Assembly (NCBI RefSeq): GCF_036588685.1 | Contig: NC_086381.1 | Span: 54,002,001-54,066,000 of the forward strand | DNA from: Mytilus trossulus | Lineage: Eukaryota | DNA length: 64,000 nt | Direction of reading: 5' to 3' | Part shown: in pieces, positions 50,901 to 60,621 of the stretch | Layout: each line of letters opens with the position of its first letter | Position numbering within the stretch: the stretch's first letter is position 1 | Made by a program: the position numbers and the translations under genes | The notes under the pieces: model-generated | The model's database searches: none | What the model was told of the DNA's origin: nothing | Seen by the model: only the letters and a program-made list of their open reading frames with translations

Positions 50901-51789
50901 TAATCAAATGACATGTTCTGAATTGTATCCAAATGTTCATTTTTATATTTTTTGTATAGATTCAATATGATGAGAAGCAATACATGAGGTAAACAATACT
51001 TATCACCTTGATCTCTAAACGCTGTTGTTCCTTGTGCTTCTTGGTCCGTCAACGTCCGTGTTCTCATCCTCGGAATCGGAATCAAACTTGTCTGACAGGT
51101 ATTATTTTACTGTATCCAATCCAGCTGGTGACTTGTCAGCGATCATACTACACTTGTTCCGCATATGAATTTTCTCCTTAAGGCCATAGCAAATATTCCC
51201 GACTTTAGAATATTCATCACGCTTGGCTGCATCCTTGATACTCTATGTTCAATTTCAGAATTAAATTAATGCTGAACCTGGTTACTGTAAAACTTAAACT
51301 TATAAGAATGTTCTGATTTAAGATGTTCAAACAGGTTTTCTGAATTATTCGTCGCGTCTTCTTCAAGTTCCCTCTTTAGGCTATCATTTTACTGTTTATT
51401 GTTCAAAGTTATGTCTGCAATTATGGTTACTATATCTCTATCTGTTATATCAGTATCATAATGTCTTAAATGTGGCCTTATTTCACGCCCAGAACTTGCC
51501 ATATAACAAAAGTATAAGTTGAGGATAAACTTATAAAATGCTACTGTACAGCTTGACTGTAATGGCTCGAATGACTTTTAACTACCAGAGGTCACTCGTG
51601 CATTAACTCAATATCCAAATCGAACCGACCTTACGATAATTAACCAAAGACGTGTCAACTATAAACAAACAACATTTTTACATGCTTGATTTTTGTACCA
51701 CTTTGATAAATACATAAATACATGCACCATGTAAAAACTACAATTTTAAACAAAATATAAAGTATGTAGGCAAAATAAAACCCCTCTAC

Positions 51790-53158
51790 TGTCGGCTTTG
51801 TTAACTTTACTTTCACGTTAACGTTTTGATCAATTCCGCCACTTTCTTTCTGTTTGCCTATCAATATTATTAATGTTTCTCTATGTCTTTGTAGCAGCTC
51901 ATTCAACGTCTCTTTTCCGATCAATTCTTCCATTGTTGCTTTTTTTTTGTATACATTCATTAAGTATGGTCTTCTCTTTCCCTATCAATCCTACCATTGT
52001 TTCTTTTTCTTTTTGTATACATTCATTAAGTATGGTCTTCTCTTTCCCTATCAATCCTACTCTATGTTTTTTTCTTGTTGTATACATTCATTAAGTATGG
52101 TCTTCTCTTTCCCTATCAATCCTACCATTGTTTCTTTTTCTTTTTGAATCAATTCATTAGCATGTTCTTCTCTTTTGTAATCCAGTCAGCCATTGCTTTC
52201 TTCTCTTTTTCCATCAATTAAGTAAATATTTCCTTCTCTTTTCTTATCAAATCACACAACGTTCCCATTTTCTTTTTCATCAATTGATGTATCGATTCGT
52301 TCTCCTGTTCTATCCATTTGATATATGTTTCTTTATTTACTACCCATCTAGTCGTCGCTTTGTTATCTGCTAGCCAATATATAATTGTTTCCTTATTGCT
52401 TGTGGTTAACGATCATACAATATCATAATTTCTATACATGTTACTGGATGATAGACAGTTCATTTTAGTTGAAATTTGAATTTCTTGTTTAGTTTTTTCG
52501 TCTAACGTTTCGTGGTTTCCTGCTATCATGTTTATAAACGTTTTTTGTCTTTTACGATTGATTCCGTCAACGTTGAATAATTGTCTTTTATCCATTCAGT
52601 TACCGCTATGCTGTCATCTCGATTACAAACAGTAATTTAATTTATGTTTTCCCAAACACATTTTAGTAATGCTTCTTTATCAGCTGTTGGGTTTTGTGAA
52701 ACTATAATTCGGTACTTAACATCAAAGGATTCCCCGATCCATGATACCATTTGAAACTTTATGGGTTCAGTTTTTGTAACACCTTCCTTCCATCTAGCTT
52801 CTGTTTGTTCGTCTTTCGTCCATATCATCAATTCCTTCATGTCATTTGTTATTATTTTAGTTAAGGTTTTAATGTTTTCATTCCTTTTACCCTTAGTTAT
52901 ATCTTCTCCTTCTGTAATCATTTTACATAATTTGATCCGGTATGTAGTAACCACAGATATCCCGATCCATGATACATTGTAATACCTAAAACAGAAAGGA
53001 TTTGTATCTTTTTTGATAAGAGATGTTTTGTTAGTGTTAAAAAAATTAAACATGAAATAACAAATGTAATAAATATTAAAAAATGATTGACGTTTAGTGA
53101 TTAGTGGCTATTTTATATATATATATAGGTCGAACAATTATTAACACGGCTCTGCAAT
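51790..53158 (-). pseudogene. Pseudogene copy 2 of the 11-residue-periodic helical-repeat protein
   Basis: SWIGISVVTTYR and KFQMVSWIGESFDVKYRIIVSQNPTADKE align to copy 1; start codon reads ATT where copy 1 has ATG; stops and frameshifts; ends in 66-bp x3 repeats encoding KEKETMVGLIGKEKTILNECIQ (51945-52146). Confidence 0.65.
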
Positions 53159-53594
53159 GTTGAACAACGGGTTTATAGGGCGGGAATTGTAGACTGCTAC
53201 TTGACAACAAAGGTGTTTGATATGGGATACATCAAGTTTTGCAACAGGTCATGTCAGACCCCTAAGGAAGTTGGTACATGACAAGGATTCTTAAAAAGAG
53301 GGACGAAAGATACCAAAGGGACAGTCAAACTCATAAATCTAAAACAAACTGACAACGCCATGTATAAAAATGAAAAAGACAAACAGAAAAACAATAGTAC
53401 ACATGACACAACATAGAAAACTAAAGAATACACAACACGAACCCCACCAAAAACTAGGGGTGATCTCAGGTGCTCCGGAAGGGTAAGCAGATCCTGCTCC
53501 ACATGCGGCACCCGTCGTGTTGCTTATGTGATTACAAATCCGGTAAATAGTCTAATTCGGTAGGTCAAATTCATGAAAGGGAAGGGGATTGTAG

Positions 53595-56582
53595 TTACGA
53601 CGTAAGGAACATATCCGATATCATTTGTGAAACGGTTATTCCATAACGGTCAACCAACTCGTGATGGCGTCCGTAAAATTTACGAAGGGATGATTTCAAC
53701 TTCACCATTTGGAACTCTTGATTTAATAGCTTCCTTGTGAGCAGTAACCCTCTATCAAGAAAATCATGATAGGAAATGCAAGCACGGGAATATCTTATCA
53801 ATTGAGAGATATATACCCCGTATGCAGGTGCTGCTGGAATGTTGCTACTTAGAAATGGAAAGTTCACAATTGGAAAGCTGAAATCATCTCTTTTGTCGTA
53901 AAGTTTTGTCTTCAACCGACCCTCATTGTCAATTTCTAGATGTAAGTCAAGATATGAAGCTGACTGAACTGTATCAGTAGTATCCTTTATCTCCAATTCG
54001 ATGGGATAGATGCGTTCCACATAGTCACCAAATTTTGAATTGTTTAGTGAAAGAACGTCATCTATATAGCGAAAAGTAGAGTTAAAGGATATTGCTAACT
54101 TCTTATCTTTCTTCCTAAGAAGTTCCTGCATGAAGTCAGCCTCATAATAATAAAGAAACAAGTCAGCAAGTAGAGGGGCACAGTTTGTTCCCATTGGGAT
54201 GCCGACAGTCTGTTGAAAAACACGTCCTCCGAACGTAACAAATATGTTGTCAATCAAGAAATCAAGCATCTTGATAATATCGGTTTCAGAGAATTTTTTG
54301 TTTGAATCAGAGTGATTCTTTGCAAAGTAGGATTTATCCCTCCCTAAGACAAGATACTTGTATCTACGTTGGCCATTCTTTTTTATGAAACAAAGTAATA
54401 CCAACTCTTTTAATTTGTCTTTAAGTTTGGAATGTGGAATACTTGTGTAAAGATTAGAGAAGTAAAATGTTTTAATACTGTTACAAGATGAAAGAGAGTT
54501 AGATTGTATGTACTCTAAAAGATCTTTGGAATTTTTAAGTATCCCCATCTGATTCACGCCACCTCTAGAATAGGCAGTTTCACAATAACTTTGAAGTCCG
54601 TCTTTGATTGCTGATAAAATGGATGTTAATAATTTAGAAAGAGGTTTTGTGGAGCACTTGGAAGACCCAGCAATATACCGCTGTTTGTAAGGACACTTAT
54701 GTAGTTTAGGTATCCAATACAGTGATGGAAGATCCAGTTCTTCATCTTTGGTTGAAATACCAAAGGAACAAAGAACAGACCTATGATTATCCAGGATTTC
54801 CTCTTTGGTAAGTGTCGTGAGGGTATATGTTGAGTTTCCAAGTGAATTGTCTATACCTAATTCGTTTATCAAGCAATTAATGTAATGACTTTTACAGACA
54901 AAAACGATGTTATTTGGGGCTTTGTCTGCGGGGACAACAACATATTTATCATGGAGGTCGGATAGGTGTTTAGCAACATTTGGGTCTTTAAAGATTGACG
55001 TAGAATGGGCATTGATGGACCCATTCAGTTTCTTAATTCTGATTTGTATTAAGGACCTCACGGCCTTTATCCATTCGGATAGAGTGTCTACGTCTTCCTT
55101 CTCGCGCTTAGCCCATTGCCTGGCATAATCCTCGACTGAATCCATCAAAATTTTAAAGTTGTATTTCCAATTGATGGATTTAGGCTCACGATATTTCGGA
55201 CCTTTCGATAACACGTTTCGTAGAGAAGTGTTATTAACAATGTTAAGGTCACCGGTAATAACGTGGCCAGCAGGATTATATGTGAATTGGGAACTAGCAC
55301 AAGTGCAATCAGGAGGTTTAGACTTGAAGTCGTCAATATCGAGATCCTGCAAAACGCGTTTGTAATTGAAAATTTTAGTTGCAATAGGTTTGGTATAGGT
55401 ATAAGAAATTATTGGTACATACTGGTCTTTAAAATGAGGAGGTATTTTCGATTGAACTAATTTATGATGAAGGATATTACCAAGGTTGACGCCATCGAGA
55501 CCTTTGTTGGCAAAGGAAAGATTTAGAAAAGATCTTTTCTCTTTTTCATCTTTTCCAATGCGAACTGGCTTGAAAAGTCTGTGACTTGCAATATCCGCAA
55601 TTATAGCTTGAAGTTTGTATTGGTTTGAATGAGGGTTTGTAACAGTGGATTCCAAACATAAATTGAACAGAGAATGAAGTTTTGAAAGGGGTAATGAATA
55701 CAGTTTCGTGCGAATGAGATGAATACCTAACGGTTTTTGTATGAATGGCAGCAAGTCATTAATAGAGACATCATGCAGAGAGGGTGATGTATAATGACGA
55801 TGACCATGACTGCGTCTACGTCGAGGAGTCGAGTTGAAAATATTCATCACATTCACCGAGTTACACGAAGGACTAGATAGAATACCTATACCATCAAGTT
55901 TTTCATTGCAGCCATACGGTGTTGCAGTTCCCAATTGTCTAATCCAGTAGTCTTCTTTTTGTCTACGGAGAGTCGTTGAAAGATTAGGATTGTTAAAGCT
56001 ATGGTATATCTTTTCGATAATGCGAACTGTCATAGAAACGATGGAATGATCGGGCTGATTGAAATGCTGGTATAGAATGTCGTAAGCATTGAGGTTAATG
56101 TCTGATCTATGACCGCACATCCGTTTGTTTAGCCTTCCTTTCGTTTCACCGACGTATACCAATCCGCAAAGGTTGCACTCTAATCCGTAGACGACATTTA
56201 TCGATTTACAATTCAGATCATCGTAACTTCTGGTAAAATATGACTTCTTGGTCAAATTGCTAGTGAATTCAGCATCTGTAATTAAAATAGCACAAGTTTT
56301 GCAGCCTTTGGTCTCACATTTTGAAATGCGACAGTGTTGTACTGTGTCATCAAAAACCAAAATGTCTTTAAGGAGAACTGAACATGGCTGTATATGTGTA
56401 ATGTTGCTGTTGTCACTAGGACGATGATCTGAATGAGTCGTGTTTGGGATATTTGTCATGTCTGGTGATGAGGGGACACCTGCCGTATCAGACGACACCG
56501 TGTCCATGGTGACGTCTGTTTCGGACCTTTTTATACTGGGCGACGTCCGAGCCAGTTTCCTGTTAGTTTTTTGTAAGTTCAT
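53595..56582 (-). CDS. 995-aa Naiad ORF: N-terminal GIY-YIG endonuclease, CxC linker, PLE reverse transcriptase
   Basis: CKTC...NVVYGLECNLCGLVYVGETKGRLNKRMCGH...HF...H...EDYWIRQLGTATPYGCN (GIY-YIG with CCHH); PDCTC linker; ADK, YWIPKLHK, GIPMGTNCAPLLADLFL, RYIDD (RT). Confidence 0.95.
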   Translation of the reverse strand: MNLQKTNRKLARTSPSIKRSETDVTMDTVSSDTAGVPSSPDMTNIPNTTHSDHRPSDNSNITHIQPCSVLLKDILVFDDTVQHCRISKCETKGCKTCAILITDAEFTSNLTKKSYFTRSYDDLNCKSINVVYGLECNLCGLVYVGETKGRLNKRMCGHRSDINLNAYDILYQHFNQPDHSIVSMTVRIIEKIYHSFNNPNLSTTLRRQKEDYWIRQLGTATPYGCNEKLDGIGILSSPSCNSVNVMNIFNSTPRRRRSHGHRHYTSPSLHDVSINDLLPFIQKPLGIHLIRTKLYSLPLSKLHSLFNLCLESTVTNPHSNQYKLQAIIADIASHRLFKPVRIGKDEKEKRSFLNLSFANKGLDGVNLGNILHHKLVQSKIPPHFKDQYVPIISYTYTKPIATKIFNYKRVLQDLDIDDFKSKPPDCTCASSQFTYNPAGHVITGDLNIVNNTSLRNVLSKGPKYREPKSINWKYNFKILMDSVEDYARQWAKREKEDVDTLSEWIKAVRSLIQIRIKKLNGSINAHSTSIFKDPNVAKHLSDLHDKYVVVPADKAPNNIVFVCKSHYINCLINELGIDNSLGNSTYTLTTLTKEEILDNHRSVLCSFGISTKDEELDLPSLYWIPKLHKCPYKQRYIAGSSKCSTKPLSKLLTSILSAIKDGLQSYCETAYSRGGVNQMGILKNSKDLLEYIQSNSLSSCNSIKTFYFSNLYTSIPHSKLKDKLKELVLLCFIKKNGQRRYKYLVLGRDKSYFAKNHSDSNKKFSETDIIKMLDFLIDNIFVTFGGRVFQQTVGIPMGTNCAPLLADLFLYYYEADFMQELLRKKDKKLAISFNSTFRYIDDVLSLNNSKFGDYVERIYPIELEIKDTTDTVQSASYLDLHLEIDNEGRLKTKLYDKRDDFSFPIVNFPFLSSNIPAAPAYGVYISQLIRYSRACISYHDFLDRGLLLTRKLLNQEFQMVKLKSSLRKFYGRHHELVDRYGITVSQMISDMFLTS

Positions 56583-56594
56583 GCAATTGTAGTT

Positions 56595-56662
56595 TTGCTA
56601 CTGGGCGGATGATGTCCTCGGGGACAAAATGTCCACCAGCAGAGACATCGACCCAGTGGTAA
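56595..56662 (+). ncRNA. Structured element in the Naiad 5' leader with hammerhead-like topology on the antisense strand
   Basis: 11-bp closing stem ttgctactggg/cccagtggtaa enclosing CGGAUGA-U-gucc(ucgg)ggac-AAAA-uguc..gaca-UC; core deviates from CUGANGA/GAAA. Confidence 0.3.
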
Positions 56663-56964
56663 TAAAAGAGGGACGAAAGATACCAAAGGGACAGTCAAAC
56701 TCATAAATCTAAAACAAACTGACAACGCCATGGATAAAAATGAAAAAGACAAACAGAAAAACAATAGTACACATGACACAACATAGAAAACTAAAGAATA
56801 AACAACACGAACCCCACCAAAAACTAGGGGTGATCTCAGGTGCTCCGAAAGGGTAAGCAGATCCTGCTCCACATGCGGCACCCGTCGTGTTGCTTATGTG
56901 ATTACAAATCCGGTAAATAGTCTAATTCGGTAGGTCAAATTCATGAAAGGGAAGGGGATTGTAG

Positions 56965-58070
56965 TCACGACGTAAGGAACATATCCGATATCATTTGTGA
57001 AACGGTTATTCCATAACGGTCAACCAACTCGTGATGGCGTCCGTAAAATTTACGAAGGGATGATTTCAACTTCACCATTTGGAACTCTTGATTTAATAGC
57101 TTCCTTTAGAGCAGTAACCCTCTATCAAGAAAATCATGATAGGAAATGCAAGCACGGGAATATCGTATCAATTGAGAGATATATACCCCGTATGCAGGTG
57201 CTGCTGGAATGTTGCTACTTAGAAATGGAAAGTTCACAATTGGAAAGCTGATATCATCTCTTTTGTCGTAAAGTTTTGTCTTCAACCGACCCTCATTGTC
57301 AATTTCTAGATGTAAGTCAAGATATGAAGCTGACTGAACTGTATCTGTAGTATCCTTTATCTCCAATTCGATGGGATAGATGCGTTCCACATAGTCACCA
57401 AATTTTGAATTGTTTAGTGAAAGAACGTCATCTATATAGCAGAAAGTAGAGTTAAAGGATATTGCTAACTTCTTATCTTTCTTCCTAAGAAGTTCCTGCA
57501 TGAGGTCAGCCTCATAATAATAAAGAAACAAGTCAGCAAGTAGAGGGGCACAGTTTGTTCCCATTGGGATGCCGACAGTCTGTTGAAAAACACGTCCTCC
57601 GAACGTAACAAATATGTTGTCAATCAAGAAATCAAGCATCTTGATAATATCGGTTCCAGAGAATTTTTTGTTTGAATCAGAGCGATTCTTTACAAAGTAG
57701 GATTTATCCCTCCCTAAGACAAGATACTTGTATCTACGTTGGCCATTCTTTTTTATGAAGCAAAGTAATACCAACTCTTTTAATTTGTCTTTAAGTTTGG
57801 AATGTGGAATACTTGTGTAAAGAGTAGAGAAGTCAAATGTTTTAATACTGTTACAAGATGAAAGAGAGTTAGATTGTATGTACTCTAAAAGATCTTTGGA
57901 ATTTTTAAGTATCCACATATGATTCACGCCACCTCTAGAATAGGCAGTTTCACAATAACTTTGAAGTCCGTCTTTGATTGCTGATAAAATGGATGTTAAT
58001 AATTTAGAAAGAGGTTTTGTGGAGCACTTGGAAGACCCAGCAATATACCGCTGTTTGTAAGGACACTTAT
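56965..58070 (-). pseudogene. 5'-truncated RT copy within the upstream tandem repeat
   Basis: Begins at KCPYKQRYIAG; premature TAA at 57106-57108; the first ~21 aa of the tracked ORF 57106-58134 come from flanking DNA. Confidence 0.9.
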
Positions 58071-58803
58071 TTAACTTGCAAGGAACGTAGTATTCCTGCC
58101 ACACAAAACAACACAATATCCGAGACGTAAACAATTTAACGGCCTGAATATAGACAAGAGTACTGGTATAAGAACATTTTTGTTTTTTTTTTCAATTCAA
58201 AAGCTTAAAACATGAACAAAATTCAAAGTTATATTATTATATATCAGCGGTCAAACAGCACACTATTGACATAATACATGTACAAACCTTAATGAAATTA
58301 AAAAGAAGAACATTTTGGCATAACGAGGAAAAGATTTGTTAGTGAAATTTGCATAAAAACTTGTGATGTCCGGTCTAACTACAGACAATAAACATAAAAC
58401 CTGCTGTACCCTCTATAACAAACTGGTTTCATGCACTAACACCTTAGTACAGGTCATTTAGATGAAATATGGTATAATGTTTATCTGTGAAATGAAGTCA
58501 AAAATGGACCTTTCACACACCAACTGTTCCTCTCTTTTGTTTGTTTATGAACACCAGAAGATTGCTTTGATAGACAGCTGTTACGTTTTTCTCACGAATA
58601 ATTGATTTCTACATGATTTCTACTTGTTTGAGTTGCAACACTGGGTAATCTAGCTATAACGAAACTCTATACATACAAAACATGCAGTGGTTTTCTGTAC
58701 ATAGGGAGGAACAAGGGACATACATGTAACATTTGGCTAAATAACCATCGATCATGCTGCAACAAAAACAGTTCCCAGGCAAAACATATTCGCCTCACCT
58801 TAA

Positions 58804-59188
58804 GGATGTTTGCTACTCTGTTTCAAAATAAAAAGCCTGTAATAAATTGATAGTATAAACATAAAGGAAATAAAAAAGCATATATAAGTTAAGGGTCCAT
58901 GTGCTTGTTTTCGAGATATAAGCCAATGAAAATTTAGCGGGAAATTATACTCTCTTGATTTCAGTTACATTCAAAATTGACATATTTTTTCTTTCAAAAA
59001 GCTATGAAAAAATAACAAAGATTTTATAAGATTTTGAAATACGGCTTTTTAAACTATTTGTAATAATATCATGAACATAAAAGTAGGGGTTGGGTTAGTG
59101 GGCAAATTTTTTTAATGGCACTACATTGATAAAACCAGTGATTCCGAATATCGGGCAAAAATTCAAAAACCAAGAGAAGCCAACATCC
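58804..59188. mobile_element. Kolobok-like MITE
   Basis: TTAA flanks (58800-58803, 59189-59192); termini GGATGTTTGCT / AGCCAACATCC. Confidence 0.7.
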
Positions 59189-59972
59189 TTAACATTCATT
59201 TTAGCACGTCTCAGTCTTAATTGTGGAACTGATTGATGATAAAACTACATTAGCAACAAGGCGAAACGAAACATTGGGCCCTTCAACTCAACAAACACTG
59301 TTGTTAAACTGATCAATTGCAGTTACGACGATCCTAACATGGTGGAGCCAAAAACAAGTAAAATCGTCTTCTTCCAATTTCTCTGTGTGCACGCGTTGTT
59401 TTCAAGAATTACTCAGCCACTAAATTGATATTTACTGTATTGTTGGGTGTGTGTGTTCTTAGTATCATATGTGGCCTTGTTACCGAAATAATAGCCATCG
59501 AAAGTTTACGGAAGATTATCGTTACTTCCAGAATTGTATTTGATATGATAATCGTAACTTGTTTATTAGATAGCCGTAACTTGGACTTGATAATAGTAAC
59601 ATATCAGTGATAATCGTAACCTTTTTATATGATGATGGGGGACTATATATAAATCGTGTTTGAGTGTTTGATAGTGTGACAAGAATAAGTGAATAATTTA
59701 CTAGTTTACGTTTTGCTTTGTAGATATATTCTATATGTGATTTTTTACAAGTTATATTTTACGGTAAATGTTCATCATGATGACAAGGAGAAGCAAACAT
59801 TTTCCATGTTCACACATTGTTAATGGACACTTTAATTCTCAAATAACGTTCGTTTTTAAGTAAAGATATGATTTATGTAACGGTATCTTATTCTCCTTTG
59901 AACTATTAATTTCGTTCCCTTTTGTTCAAGGTTCACTTAAATGCAAATTGCAAGCTTACATATATATGAAAG

Positions 59973-60555
59973 AAGATGTGGTATGATTGCCAATGAGACA
60001 ACTCTCCGCAAGAGACCAAATGACTAAGAAATAAACAACTATATGTCTTCGTACGGCCTTCAACAAAAAGCAAAGCACATACCGCATAGTCAGTTATAAA
60101 AGGCCCCGAAATGACAAATGTAAAACAATTCAAACGAGAAAACTAAAGGCCTAATTTATATACAAAACTGAAATGAACTAAAACTAAAATGTAACACATC
60201 AACAAACGACGACCACTGAATTACAGGCTCCTAACTTGGGACAGGCACATATATACAGAATGTGGCGGGGTTACATATGTTAACTGGATCAAAACCCTCA
60301 CACTAACTGGGACAGTGGTGTAACAGTACAACATTAGAACAAACTAAAAAAAATAGTTGAAAAAAGCTTAGCTCATCAGATGGATACAAATAGAAATACA
60401 TCTAACAAAAAAACAGAGTGGACGTGGCTGTATACTTGTACATGTATATCCCAACAACAATACGACACTAAGTACAGGTCTGAGAGTACTCGCAATAACT
60501 GAGAGCTAGTCCAAAGCCACAAACAAATAATTAAAACAATCATGCATCTAAGACT
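59973..60555 (-). mobile_element. Longer copy of the agatgtggtatgattgcc family containing a twister-like motif (60230-60303)
   Basis: - strand GTGT GA GGG ... TAA CCCC GC CACAT..ATGTG CCT GT CCC AA GT T AGG. Confidence 0.7.
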
Positions 60556-60621
60556 ACCTTATTTTGAAAAAAAGTATTTCGATCCTGAATGTTGTTACGC
60601 GTTTGTTATCTTTAAATAATC

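Larger units (their letters stand above)
46107..51713 (-). mobile_element. Decayed Ngaro-type (DIRS order, tyrosine recombinase) retrotransposon with split direct repeats
   Basis: - strand order A1(51713-51534), gag-like (51502-51015: FKFYSNQVQH*FNSE, RNKCSMIADKSPAGLDTVK*YLSDKFDSDSEDE), RT start (~50910-50705: DMIDNSYSIP), YR C-terminus (~46900-46655: LTYTRAR, GISDRIILKQNR, KSDREKDGYVRED), B1(46606-46524), A2(46523-46344), B2(46189-46107). Confidence 0.75.
53294..58070 (-). mobile_element. Naiad-type Penelope-like retroelement: full unit plus upstream partial tandem copy (pseudo-LTR arrangement)
   Basis: 1407-bp direct repeat 53294-54700 / 56664-58070 (offset 3370, about 20 substitutions by eye) flanking a unique 5' part; 300-nt 3' UTR. 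Confidence 0.93.

Noticed and set aside
53254-53511. Hydrophobic ORFs MPHVEQDLLTL... (also 56579-56881, 308-493, 20272-20463, 45376-45669)
   Set aside because: They are translations of the T-rich Naiad 3' UTR with non-ATG starts and variable ends; recurrence reflects repeat copies, not a membrane-protein family
53595-56582. Selenoprotein-type Naiad (known in some clams and spiders)
   Set aside because: The ORF is open for 995 codons with no in-frame TGA
53281-58085. Target-site duplication around the Naiad
   Set aside because: Flanks (..caaggattctt / ttaacttgcaagg..) share no clear direct repeat beyond a few T/A bases
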